Shown: piece after piece, positions 48,593 to 58,034 of the stretch
Layout: the number at the start of each line of letters is the position of its first letter
Numbering within the stretch: position 1 is the stretch's first letter
Assembly (NCBI GenBank): GCA_051532035.1
Contig: JAOPTW010000056.1
Coordinates: 1-64,000, forward strand
Direction: 5' to 3'
DNA length: 64,000 nucleotides
Source: Fibrobacterales bacterium
GTDB taxonomy: Bacteria > Fibrobacterota > Fibrobacteria > Fibrobacterales > JAOPTW01
The notes under the pieces: generated by a model
The model's input: only the letters and a program-made list of their open reading frames with translations
What the model was told of the DNA's origin: nothing
Database searches by the model: none
Translations under genes and position numbers: made by a program

Positions 48593-48816
48593 TTTTTATC
48601 GCTCTTTGCAATAATCGCCCAAGGGATGATTACTACATAAGCAATGGTAAGTAAAATAGGTGCATATGTAATTGATAGCGGGCTATCATACACTGGACCG
48701 ATCTTTGGATCTTGACCCTGTGCAAGTAGAATAAATCCTACTAAAACAGTTGCAACTCCTAGACCAAGTAGAACAAAATTTTTCTTTGTGAAAAGTTTGT
48801 CTCCCTGTTGTGTCAT
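48583..48816 (-). CDS. DUF3098-like two-TM membrane protein
   Basis: F.KKNF.L..G......GF.L..G...S...APILL...Y pattern; SD AAGGAG upstream; stop codon lies in tRNA-Val. Confidence 0.8.
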   Translation of the reverse strand: MTQQGDKLFTKKNFVLLGLGVATVLVGFILLAQGQDPKIGPVYDSPLSITYAPILLTIAYVVIIPWAIIAKSDKKGD

Positions 48817-48971
48817 CGGGTTGTGCTCCTTGTTTTAACGAGGCTAAAGATACATATTATAGAATTAGAGTTCAAGGGAAAAAGGTAAAAAAGTTAAAAA
48901 AAAGTTATAAAGTTTTAAGTTATTTGAAGGGCTGCTGAGACGCTCGCTCTAACCCCTTTTAAATAAAGGAG

Positions 48972-51242
48972 TTAGTCTTTTGCGTAATTTAATCTTGTAT
49001 GATACATTCCTTCAAGAGATGCCAAAAAAGCTTTTTTCATGAGCGGTAATTCAGAGAGAGTGAGCCCTGAATCATCCATTTGATTCTCTTTAAGTTTCAT
49101 ATCAACAGCTTGATTTATAATTTCTTTAAAATCTTTGGTCTCAGGATTACTAATTGACCGAGCCATCGCTTCAAGGGTGTCGGCAATCATTAAAATAGCA
49201 GTCTCTTTACTCTGAGGTTTAGGGCCAAGGTGGCAAAAGTCTTTAGACTTAATTGCTTTGCCTGGGTTATCTTTCACCGCTTTTCTATAAAAGTATTGAA
49301 TAACTGTAGTACCATGGTGCTCGGGAATACTCGAAATAATAAGGGGGGGGAGTTGATACTTCTCGGCAAGGGTAATACCTTCGGTAACGTGTGAGATAAT
49401 AATATCTTTGCTTTCCCATGGATCAAGACCTTCGTGTACATTCTTTGCCATGCCCTGATTTTCGGTATAATAGAGTGGTTTCTGTGTTTTACCAATATCG
49501 TGATAGAGTGCCATAACTCTTACTAAGAGGCTATTAGCATTAATAGCACTCGCTGCCTTCTCGGCAATGTTTGCCACCATAATAGAGTGGTGAAAGGTAC
49601 TAGGGACTTCGGTAGAGATAAGCTTCAGGGCGGGGTGATTAAAGTCAGAGAGCTCTATGAGGGTCATTGTTGTGGTAATCTTAAAGAGCTTTTCAAATAT
49701 GGGGAGGAGCAAAAATGAACCGAGTCCAATTGAGAGGGTCACGCTCAGTGCACCATACGCCATTTTGATGTAGACGTTATTGAAGTTATTACCCAGGAGT
49801 GAAAGGGTAATAATCAGCAAACTATAGATAAATATTGAGAGGAAACAGGTTGTGATAAACTGCCAGCGGTATCGAATGTTTTGCAGGGCATAAGCCGTTG
49901 TCATCCCGAGAGCTAACGCTACGATAGTCATATTGAGATCGTATCCGCACATCATACCATAATAGAGACTAAAATAGATTGAGAGTATAAACCCTGTTTT
50001 AACCGAAAAGAGCAATACTCCTAAAATACTCGCTACAATTATCAGATGGAGATACATGGTTTCTGTAGTGTCTATAAGAACATCGGGTCGAGCAATTTTG
50101 AGGAAGTCAATAATAAGTTGGGTTCCAAAAAAGAGGCAAAATTGAATGATCATCACCGTTGCAAGGGCGTGAATTTGTGTGTTGGTTTTTATTTCGTGTT
50201 TTTGATAGAGGATAAAATAGGCCCCCAAGAAGAGGGTAGAGATAATAATAAGCAACCATCGTCCTATGAGGGGTAGATATGACTTGTAGTTCTCTTGAGT
50301 CTGTTCTGTTTGACGCTTAAGCTCTTTGAGCACGTTAACATGATAACTGGTGACAAGGTCCCCAGGGCGTAAAATATCCATACCTTTATAGATTTTACCT
50401 TCGTACAGATCTACGCCAGTGCGGGCAAGCTCTCTACGCTTTTGGGTTTCAGATTCAAGGTAGAGAATTGTGGGTGAGGTAAAAGCAAAAAGAATTTCGT
50501 AGAACGCACTTTGTATTGCCTGAGATTTAGGATATTTCGACTTTAACTTTACAAACTCATCATCAATAAGAATTTCTTTCGTTTTAATGTCAGAAAGAGG
50601 GACGGATTCTTCATTACTGTCTTGAATTAGGTTAATAGTGGGTTTTGTATAGATGAGCACTTTGAGGTCACGAATGGTAAAGGTTGCTTTGTAGTTTCGC
50701 ACTTGTTTTTTATTCATTGCTATGAGCGAGTTTGAGATACCTTTGTTAATGATATTTCTAAAGGATTGTATAAGGTCACTTCGAGCTTGTTCATTGGTAC
50801 TCATTTGTGAAATTGCCACATGGGAGATAGATTTGTTCAGTTTTTGATAATGGGTTGCCGCGATTAACGCAATTGAGTCCGCTTTCTTGGTGCCGCTAAA
50901 GCGTTCGAGTTCCTTTTGAATCACTTGATATTGAGTGAGGTACTCAATGAGATCCGTAAATGAACTCTTTAACCGATTGTTCTGCTCTGTATCGTATTCA
51001 AAAACCGCAGGGACGGCATCAGCAGCCCCCTCTCGTTCACGAATCAACTGGTCTTCAGACTTTGGTATATCAAAGGTAAGAGGAGCTACGTAGTGTTTTT
51101 GAGCGAGTTCATTCACTTTGGGAATAACCGATTTAATATCAATATTCTGCACTGGAAAGAGCAGGCATCCAATAAAGCATACGATTAAAAATGAAAGGCC
51201 GAGGTGGATTGTTCTTGGGGAGTTAATGCTCTTGTTTTTCAT
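48972..51242 (-). CDS. 7TM-HD phosphohydrolase (PgpH/YqfF-like, putative c-di-AMP phosphodiesterase)
   Basis: Extracellular domain; TM bundle; PSTFHHS; YHDIGK; SHV; EHHGT; GPKPQSKE; IADTLEA. Confidence 0.9.
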   Translation of the reverse strand: MKNKSINSPRTIHLGLSFLIVCFIGCLLFPVQNIDIKSVIPKVNELAQKHYVAPLTFDIPKSEDQLIREREGAADAVPAVFEYDTEQNNRLKSSFTDLIEYLTQYQVIQKELERFSGTKKADSIALIAATHYQKLNKSISHVAISQMSTNEQARSDLIQSFRNIINKGISNSLIAMNKKQVRNYKATFTIRDLKVLIYTKPTINLIQDSNEESVPLSDIKTKEILIDDEFVKLKSKYPKSQAIQSAFYEILFAFTSPTILYLESETQKRRELARTGVDLYEGKIYKGMDILRPGDLVTSYHVNVLKELKRQTEQTQENYKSYLPLIGRWLLIIISTLFLGAYFILYQKHEIKTNTQIHALATVMIIQFCLFFGTQLIIDFLKIARPDVLIDTTETMYLHLIIVASILGVLLFSVKTGFILSIYFSLYYGMMCGYDLNMTIVALALGMTTAYALQNIRYRWQFITTCFLSIFIYSLLIITLSLLGNNFNNVYIKMAYGALSVTLSIGLGSFLLLPIFEKLFKITTTMTLIELSDFNHPALKLISTEVPSTFHHSIMVANIAEKAASAINANSLLVRVMALYHDIGKTQKPLYYTENQGMAKNVHEGLDPWESKDIIISHVTEGITLAEKYQLPPLIISSIPEHHGTTVIQYFYRKAVKDNPGKAIKSKDFCHLGPKPQSKETAILMIADTLEAMARSISNPETKDFKEIINQAVDMKLKENQMDDSGLTLSELPLMKKAFLASLEGMYHTRLNYAKD

Positions 51243-52161
51243 AGGCGTTAATTATTTTTGAAACCAGTCTGTGTCTCTGAATGTCTTTGGTGTCTAGAGT
51301 TACTTGTGCGATTCCAGGGATACCTTTCAATATAGAAAGGGCGTGGGGGAATCCTGAGAGCTGATTGGGAGCGAGGTCTTTCTGTGTACTGTCACCGGTA
51401 ATAATAGCGGTGGAGTTAGGGCCGATTCTGGTGAGGAACATTTTCATCTGTGAGATGGTGGTATTTTGTGCTTCATCGAGTATAATAAAGGTCCGCTTTA
51501 ATGTACGTCCCCTCATGTAGGCAAGCGGGGCAATTTCCAACATATTTGATTCATTATATGCGCGGACTTTCTCTTTTGGAAGAAGCTCATCGATGGTGTC
51601 ATAAATAGGGTGGAGGTAGGGGGCGATTTTCTCTTTTAAATCTCCAGGAAGATAGCCAAGGTTTTCACCAGCTTCAACTGCGGGTCTTACAAGAGAGAGT
51701 CGTTCTACATCTCGGTTTTCGAGGGCTGCAACAGCTAAAGTAACTGCAAGAAAGGTTTTACCGGTACCAGCAGGGCCATTGACAAAGACAATGTCGTTGT
51801 TGCGCACTGCATCGACTACAGCAAGTTGACCTGTAGTTTTAGGTTGAATGGGCTGACCAAAACGGTTCCTAAAAATGGGTCTACCTAATTTTGCAGCAGG
51901 GCGGTCGTCATTTTGACTGAGTACTTGTTTGAGGTAAAAAGGGGTAATCTCATTTCCGTTTTTTAGACAAAAACGCATCTCATCAAGAATTTTTATAGCT
52001 CGATCTATAGCTTCTTGCTGAGGTGCAATAATGAGGATGCCTGTACCACGATTTACTAAGGTAACCTTTAGGCTTTGCTCGAACAAAGAAACATTCTCGT
52101 TGTTCAGGCCGAGGATTTTGATTTTTTCAGATTCAGATATCGTGTATCTGTTTTCTATCAT
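51223..52161 (-). CDS. phoH: PhoH-family ATPase (YbeZ-like)
   Basis: GPAGTGKT; RPAVEAGE; PLAYMRGRT; LDEAQN. Confidence 0.95.
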   Translation of the reverse strand: MIENRYTISESEKIKILGLNNENVSLFEQSLKVTLVNRGTGILIIAPQQEAIDRAIKILDEMRFCLKNGNEITPFYLKQVLSQNDDRPAAKLGRPIFRNRFGQPIQPKTTGQLAVVDAVRNNDIVFVNGPAGTGKTFLAVTLAVAALENRDVERLSLVRPAVEAGENLGYLPGDLKEKIAPYLHPIYDTIDELLPKEKVRAYNESNMLEIAPLAYMRGRTLKRTFIILDEAQNTTISQMKMFLTRIGPNSTAIITGDSTQKDLAPNQLSGFPHALSILKGIPGIAQVTLDTKDIQRHRLVSKIINAYEKQEH

Positions 52162-52175
52162 TGATGCTTCGATGT

Positions 52176-52397
52176 TTAGTCCTCGATGGGCATCCCAAGT
52201 TCGCGTTTAAGGTTGAAAATCTCTTTTTTGAGTTCGTGATTCTCTTTTTCAAGTGTTAGCGCACGGCCAGACATCTCATTTACATCACCCTCAATCTCTT
52301 TTGGGCCTTCTTCACCTGCTGGTTTTGTACTACCACATCCGGTAAGAACTAATCCAATAACGAGTAGCGCAGCTACACTCAGTGATATTTTTTTCAT
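52176..52397 (-). CDS. Small lipoprotein with coiled-coil tail
   Basis: LTGC lipobox. Start may be 52409. Confidence 0.65.
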   Translation of the reverse strand: MKKISLSVAALLVIGLVLTGCGSTKPAGEEGPKEIEGDVNEMSGRALTLEKENHELKKEIFNLKRELGMPIED

Positions 52398-52530
52398 GAA
52401 TTTATCCATTTTCGTAATCCTATCATAAAATATAAGCCTTTTGAGGATTCTCAAAAGGCTTATTCAATTTATTTTACCAACTAACACAATTTAGCCTAAT
52501 AGAAGGGTATTGTGCGGTTAAAGGGAATAA

Positions 52531-54318
52531 TTACTCCCCTTGTTTTTCTCTTACGTTAATATGTATATCAAGAAGTTGCATTGGGTCAACATTTGATGGG
52601 GCTTGATCCATCGGCGAGTTTGCAGTTGAATTTTTAGGAAATGCAATAAAGTCTCTGATTGATTCTTCATTTTCCATTGTTGCAACCATACGATCGACAC
52701 CAATAGCAAAGCCAGCATGAGGAGGTGCACCATATTGGAACGCCTCAACAAAGAAACCAAATTTTTCTTCAACTTCTTCATCGGTCAGACTGAGCGCTTT
52801 AAATACTTGTTGTTGTACTTCTGGGTCATGAATCCGTTCAGAACCTGATCCGAGTTCAACGCCATTGAGTACAAGGTCATATGATTTTGAAAGGAGGCCA
52901 TCAAATTCACCCTTAACCATTTTCTCAAGATCTTCTGGATAAAGGTTTGTGAATGGATGGTGCATTGCTTGATATTTCTTGTCAGCTTCTTTATATTCAA
53001 ACATAGGGAAGTCAACAATCCAAACAAAATTCTTTTCATCAGGGCTCGCAAGACCTTTCATTTTTGCAATTTCAGTTCTGAGGTGACCCATTGATTGTGC
53101 GGCAAGTTTTTCACGTGCAGCAACAAAGAAAAGCATGTCACCTGGTTTTCCACCACAGGCATCACGGAGTTGTTCAAGTTGGCCTTCTTTAAAGAATTTA
53201 CCTACTTGACTCTCAACTGAACCATCTTCTTTAACGCGCATCCAAACAAGGCCCTTTGCGCCATATTTTCCAACAAATTTTGTGAGTTCGTCAATAGTCT
53301 TACGAGTAAAATCAACACAGCCTGTTGCTGCCATACCACGAATAACACCACCTGAGGCTACAACATTTTTGAATACACCGAAATCTGATTCTGCACCAAT
53401 TTCTGATACATCATGAATTTCAAGATCATAACGGAGGTCAGGTTTATCTGAACCATATTTAAGCATTGCCTCAGCATAAGCCATTTTTGGGATTTCCGTA
53501 GGGATTGTCGCTTCTGGCCAAACCTTTGGGATTACCTCTTGGATGTACTGAGAAAAAGTATTCATCACATCATCTTGTGATGAAAAAGCCATCTCAACAT
53601 CAATTTGAGTAAACTCTGGTTGGCGGTCTGCACGAAGGTCTTCATCGCGGAAACATTTGGCGATTTGAAAGTATTTATCATACCCGGCAATCATCAAAAT
53701 CTGTTTGTACACCTGTGGAGATTGAGGAAGTGCATAGAATTTACCGTGGTGAAGACGACTCGGAACTAAAAAGTCACGGGCACCTTCTGGGGTAGATTTG
53801 CAAAGTACTGGAGTCTCAATATCTTCAAAACCATTGTCGTAGAAAAATGCACGGGTTTCATGCTGATACTTTGACTTGAGCATGATCTTTTTTTGAATCC
53901 AAGGACGACGAAGATCGAGATAGCGATATTTCAATTTTACTTCATCATTTTCTTTAGAAACTTCATTGTGGTCATTGATAGAGAGTGGTGGGTTTTTTGC
54001 TTTGTTCAAAATTTCAAGGTTATTTACAAAACACTCAATTTCACCAGTTTCAAGTTTATTGTTAGCCATACCGTCAAGACGGAGACGAACGTCACATTCA
54101 ACCGCAACTACAAATTCATTACGAAGGGTGTCTGCAATTTTGTGAATTTCGGGATTGTGCTCAGGGTTAAATACCACTTGAGTTTTACCAAATTTATCAC
54201 GCAGATCAATAAAAATAACGCCACCAAGATCACGACGTCTATCAACCCAACCCATAAGAGTTACGGTTTCGCCATTGTGTGCAGCACGTAATTCACCACA
54301 GTTATGTGTTCTTTTCAT
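52531..54318 (-). CDS. aspS: Aspartate-tRNA ligase
   Basis: RTHNCGELR; STPEGARDFLVP; FRDEDLRADRQPEFTQ; YGSDKPD; GAPPHAG. Confidence 0.98.
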   Translation of the reverse strand: MKRTHNCGELRAAHNGETVTLMGWVDRRRDLGGVIFIDLRDKFGKTQVVFNPEHNPEIHKIADTLRNEFVVAVECDVRLRLDGMANNKLETGEIECFVNNLEILNKAKNPPLSINDHNEVSKENDEVKLKYRYLDLRRPWIQKKIMLKSKYQHETRAFFYDNGFEDIETPVLCKSTPEGARDFLVPSRLHHGKFYALPQSPQVYKQILMIAGYDKYFQIAKCFRDEDLRADRQPEFTQIDVEMAFSSQDDVMNTFSQYIQEVIPKVWPEATIPTEIPKMAYAEAMLKYGSDKPDLRYDLEIHDVSEIGAESDFGVFKNVVASGGVIRGMAATGCVDFTRKTIDELTKFVGKYGAKGLVWMRVKEDGSVESQVGKFFKEGQLEQLRDACGGKPGDMLFFVAAREKLAAQSMGHLRTEIAKMKGLASPDEKNFVWIVDFPMFEYKEADKKYQAMHHPFTNLYPEDLEKMVKGEFDGLLSKSYDLVLNGVELGSGSERIHDPEVQQQVFKALSLTDEEVEEKFGFFVEAFQYGAPPHAGFAIGVDRMVATMENEESIRDFIAFPKNSTANSPMDQAPSNVDPMQLLDIHINVREKQGE

Positions 54319-54486
54319 GGAAGTTCCAAAGATTTAAGTTTTTCGGGGCAAAATATAGGAAAAAAAGGGGGAGACCTGTATGGGGAAAGCCGTAATAGAG
54401 GCTAAAGAGAACAATTGATTACGGAGACAGGGGTAATAAGAATTCCCTGGAGAATAATTCCAGGGAATTTGACGTTTCTCTACAAA

Positions 54487-55368
54487 TTAGAGGATATTCA
54501 GTACTTGTTCTTTAATAGTCTCAATTTCTTCTTTGAGAATCACAGTGCGGTGTGACATTTCTGGAAAATTACTTTTGGTTCCTAAGGTATTTGCCTCTCT
54601 TAGCAACTCTTGTAAAAGAAAGTTGAGTTTTTTACCGTGGGGCCCATTGCTTTTTAAGGCAGATTTAAATGCTTTTATGTGTGATTCGAATCGTACAATC
54701 TCTTCGGTAACATCAATTTTGTCTGCAATGATCGATATCTCTTGAATGAGTCTGTTTTCATCGAGGGTCGCTTTACCCATCAGTTCTTCAACTCGTTTTA
54801 ACAGTTTATCACGGGTATCTTTTGCGCGCTTTGGGGTTAGTTTTTTAATTTCTTTAAGTGTAGAGTCCATGAGGTCAATACGTGCAAGAATATCTTTTTT
54901 AAGGTTGTCACCTTCGGCACTTCTCATTTCAATAAGCTGTTTAAGAGCTTCGTTGAGCTGTTTTTTTACCTGTTTTGCTAAGAGATCACCATTGAGTTCA
55001 GTTTTGCTGTAGGTTATTAAATCTTGAAGTTGAAGGATTTGATCAATAGTCACTTCTCCTGGGATCTTGTGAGCTTTTTGAATATCTGTAGCAATTTTGA
55101 GATAGGATTTAACAAGTGCTTTATTGTATCCTGCAGGTATGAGACTTGGTGTTTCACTTGAAATATTTATTGAAAGACTTACTGAGCCACGAATCAATTT
55201 TTGTTGAATTAATTTTTTGAACTCATTTTCGTAGGGAGATAGCGTACGAGGGATGCGAAGATTACTTTCAAGGTAGCGATTGTTGACGCTTTTTAGTTCA
55301 AGAGATATTTCCATATCTTTGTAGCGAGTTTCGCTTTTTCCAAAACCTGTCATACTCTGTAGTGCCAT
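54487..55368 (-). CDS. yicC: YicC/YloC family endoribonuclease
   Basis: SMTGFG; SVNNRY; DVTEEIVR; GKKLNFLLQELLREANT; KEQVLNI. Confidence 0.95.
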   Translation of the reverse strand: MALQSMTGFGKSETRYKDMEISLELKSVNNRYLESNLRIPRTLSPYENEFKKLIQQKLIRGSVSLSINISSETPSLIPAGYNKALVKSYLKIATDIQKAHKIPGEVTIDQILQLQDLITYSKTELNGDLLAKQVKKQLNEALKQLIEMRSAEGDNLKKDILARIDLMDSTLKEIKKLTPKRAKDTRDKLLKRVEELMGKATLDENRLIQEISIIADKIDVTEEIVRFESHIKAFKSALKSNGPHGKKLNFLLQELLREANTLGTKSNFPEMSHRTVILKEEIETIKEQVLNIL

Positions 55369-55495
55369 GTGGGATCGCCTTTTATTACGCTTTTCTTATA
55401 TGTTGCACATAAGATATTAATTATTGCGTTATTCGTCGTTAAAAAGTGTGTTTTAGAGAGCTCTCAGTACTATTTGTCTGCTCAAAAGGGAAAGA

Positions 55496-56785
55496 TTATT
55501 CCGGAATTATTTCGGCGAAGAGTCCAAAAATATCAGGAGTTGTTACACGGACTTTTATCTTTTCGCCCAGTGCATGAGTACTTTTTAGGACAACAGGCTT
55601 ATATGATGAGTTTCTACCGACGGCATCTCCTTGACGAGATATCTCATCAATGACAATAGTTCCCTCCCAGTTAACCCATTTTTTGTTGTTTTCAAAGGCA
55701 ACCTTTTTAAACTCTTCTGTTAAAATGCGGCTTCGGTTCTTTTTCTCATGGATGTGGATCTGATCGGGGAATTTTTGAGCTGCGGTTTTCTCGCGAGGTA
55801 CAAACCGGGTTCGATTACATACCGAAGGTTTAGTAGAGCGAATAAGATTGAGGGTGTCTTCAAAGTCTTGTTCGGTTTCGCCTGGGAATCCAACGATAAT
55901 ATCTGTTGATAATGTGAGCTCGGGTATTTCTTTGCGAATAGTATCTACAAGAAATATGTAGTCTTCGACAGAGTGTTTGCGCTTCATTGATTCAAGAACG
56001 GTGTTACTTCCACTCTGAACCGATAGATGGATAAATTTAAACACCTTTGGGTGTTTCATTGCTTCGATAAGTTCGTCGATATAGCTGAGAAGGTGGCGGG
56101 GGTTACCCATACCGATGCGTACCATAAAATCACCAGGGAGGGCTATCACCGCTGTAACCAATTTCGCGAGATTGGTGTCGATATCAAAGCCATAGCATGC
56201 GGCATCTTGGCCGGTCAACCATATCTCTTTACAGCCATCAGCAATACATGCTTCCACTTCTTCGAGGATGTTTTTTACTGGGTAACTATAGTGCTTCCCT
56301 TTAACGAGTACTGTAGAACAAAATGAACAGTTGTCGAGGCAGCCTGCAGATACAGGAACAATACCAACCACAGGATTGGTGCGTACTTTGGGTTTGTTTA
56401 CTTTAACTTGTTTTTCAACCTTAAAATCCTCGACTACGGATCCCTCAAATGTCTCAGAGATAGTGTTCGCAATTTTGTTGAGGTTATTAGTTGTGGTAAG
56501 GGAAGCTGATGGGTCAACTTCGTGAACGAGACGTCCAAGTTCTTTAGTGACACAGCCACTGAGGACAATTTTCTTATGAGGGTACTCTGCACGTAATTTA
56601 CGAACGCGTTTTACGATTTCAGAATTACCTTTAACCGTACAGACATTAAGAATGATCATATCTGCATCATCATCTGTTTGAGCAACAGTGTAGTCGTTTT
56701 GAATGAGGCCGTTAATAATTTCACCTTCACCCATATTGAGGCTACAGCCATAACTTTTTAGGTGGATCGATTTAGTTTGTTTCAT
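55496..56785 (-). CDS. Radical SAM tRNA methylthiotransferase, archaeal-type MiaB-like (e-MtaB-like)
   Basis: YGCSLN, NVCTVK, SGC (UPF0004); GCLDNCSFC; EIWLTGQD; VRIGMGNP; TDIIVGFPGET; TRAM C-terminus. Confidence 0.85.
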   Translation of the reverse strand: MKQTKSIHLKSYGCSLNMGEGEIINGLIQNDYTVAQTDDDADMIILNVCTVKGNSEIVKRVRKLRAEYPHKKIVLSGCVTKELGRLVHEVDPSASLTTTNNLNKIANTISETFEGSVVEDFKVEKQVKVNKPKVRTNPVVGIVPVSAGCLDNCSFCSTVLVKGKHYSYPVKNILEEVEACIADGCKEIWLTGQDAACYGFDIDTNLAKLVTAVIALPGDFMVRIGMGNPRHLLSYIDELIEAMKHPKVFKFIHLSVQSGSNTVLESMKRKHSVEDYIFLVDTIRKEIPELTLSTDIIVGFPGETEQDFEDTLNLIRSTKPSVCNRTRFVPREKTAAQKFPDQIHIHEKKNRSRILTEEFKKVAFENNKKWVNWEGTIVIDEISRQGDAVGRNSSYKPVVLKSTHALGEKIKVRVTTPDIFGLFAEIIPE

Positions 56786-57010
56786 CTGCTACGGTTTTTT
56801 AAAGAGTGTGCCAAAGATAGTAAATAATATAATGACCATTTCTGAATTTTGAGTTCCCCTTGGTTCATGAGTAAGATATTACAAACTCTCTCTCCTGTGG
56901 GGCCTAAAAAAGGGGCGAGAAAGTGTGGGTTCTTGCTTTTCTTCCCAAAATGGCCATTAATTCTTATATTTGAAGCAAATATCTCAAACCTTATAACAAT
57001 TGGATTGTTC

Positions 57011-58033
57011 ATGAAAAAAATCGCACTCGTTATTGCGTTATTACTTGTGACTTTTGCACAAGCTCAACTTCTTAATACCTCTGGAATGCCTGTATTCAAA
57101 GTGGGTGCTATGGAATTTTCAAAAGGGAAAATTGATACCATGATTTTGGTAATCGAGGAGCAACAAAAGATGTCTTCTGGTGGACAACAGTTGCCACCTG
57201 GCGCTCGTGAGCAGATTAAATATACTGTGGTTAAAAATATAGTCGGAGCTGAGCTTCTAAAATTAGAGGCTGTATCTAAAAAACTTAAACCAAAACAGTC
57301 TACTGTTGATAGTCTATACGAGTCACAAATGGCACTCTATGTGAACAAATTAAAAAGCAAAGAGAATGTTGAAAAATACCTTGCACAGCAGGGAATCACA
57401 CTTAATGACATCAAAGAAAAAGTAAAAGAGTCTGTGGTAAGTGATCAATTATTAAAAAAAGTGGTCTCTGAACCAGGAATTCCTACTGAAAAAGATATCA
57501 AAGGGTATTACACCAAACATAAAAAAGAACTCCCTATTAATGATACCATCAGTGGTTTTCAGATTCTTCTTAAAACAACAAAAGCTGAGACTAAAGAGAG
57601 CAAAGAGACAAAGAAAGAGTTTCTCAATGGTTTAAGTGCACAAGTTAAAATGGGTAAAGCACAGTTTGACCGTCTTGCTGCACAGCACTCTGATGATGAC
57701 GCTGCAAAGAGAAATGGTGGTCATATGGGACGCTTTACATTGAAAGATATGAAACCTCAGTTTGCAAAAGCGGTTCGTGGCCTTAAAGTTGGTCAGATTA
57801 CTAAAGCATTTGAAACACCACTTGGCATTCATATTTTCTATCTCTTTGAAAAAAATGATGGCAAATTAGAGTCGTATAAAGAGTTGATTGCTCAAGCTAT
57901 TTATCAAGAAGAGATGATGAAACGCCAAAGTAAAGTTGAAGAGTATTTAAAATCTCTTGAGAAGAAATTTCCTGTGGTCTACTATGATAAATCATATGAC
58001 CCTGCGGCACTCTCAATTCCAGGACTTAGATAG
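57011..58033 (+). CDS. Parvulin-type peptidyl-prolyl isomerase (SurA/PrsA-like)
   Basis: Signal peptide; QILLK; FDRLAAQHSDD; GGHMG; ETPLGIHI. Confidence 0.88.
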   Translation: MKKIALVIALLLVTFAQAQLLNTSGMPVFKVGAMEFSKGKIDTMILVIEEQQKMSSGGQQLPPGAREQIKYTVVKNIVGAELLKLEAVSKKLKPKQSTVDSLYESQMALYVNKLKSKENVEKYLAQQGITLNDIKEKVKESVVSDQLLKKVVSEPGIPTEKDIKGYYTKHKKELPINDTISGFQILLKTTKAETKESKETKKEFLNGLSAQVKMGKAQFDRLAAQHSDDDAAKRNGGHMGRFTLKDMKPQFAKAVRGLKVGQITKAFETPLGIHIFYLFEKNDGKLESYKELIAQAIYQEEMMKRQSKVEEYLKSLEKKFPVVYYDKSYDPAALSIPGLR

Positions 58034-58034
58034 T

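Noticed and set aside
48414..48611. 65-aa ORF on the minus strand
   Set aside because: It is a chance reading frame across tRNA-Val and tRNA-Asp.
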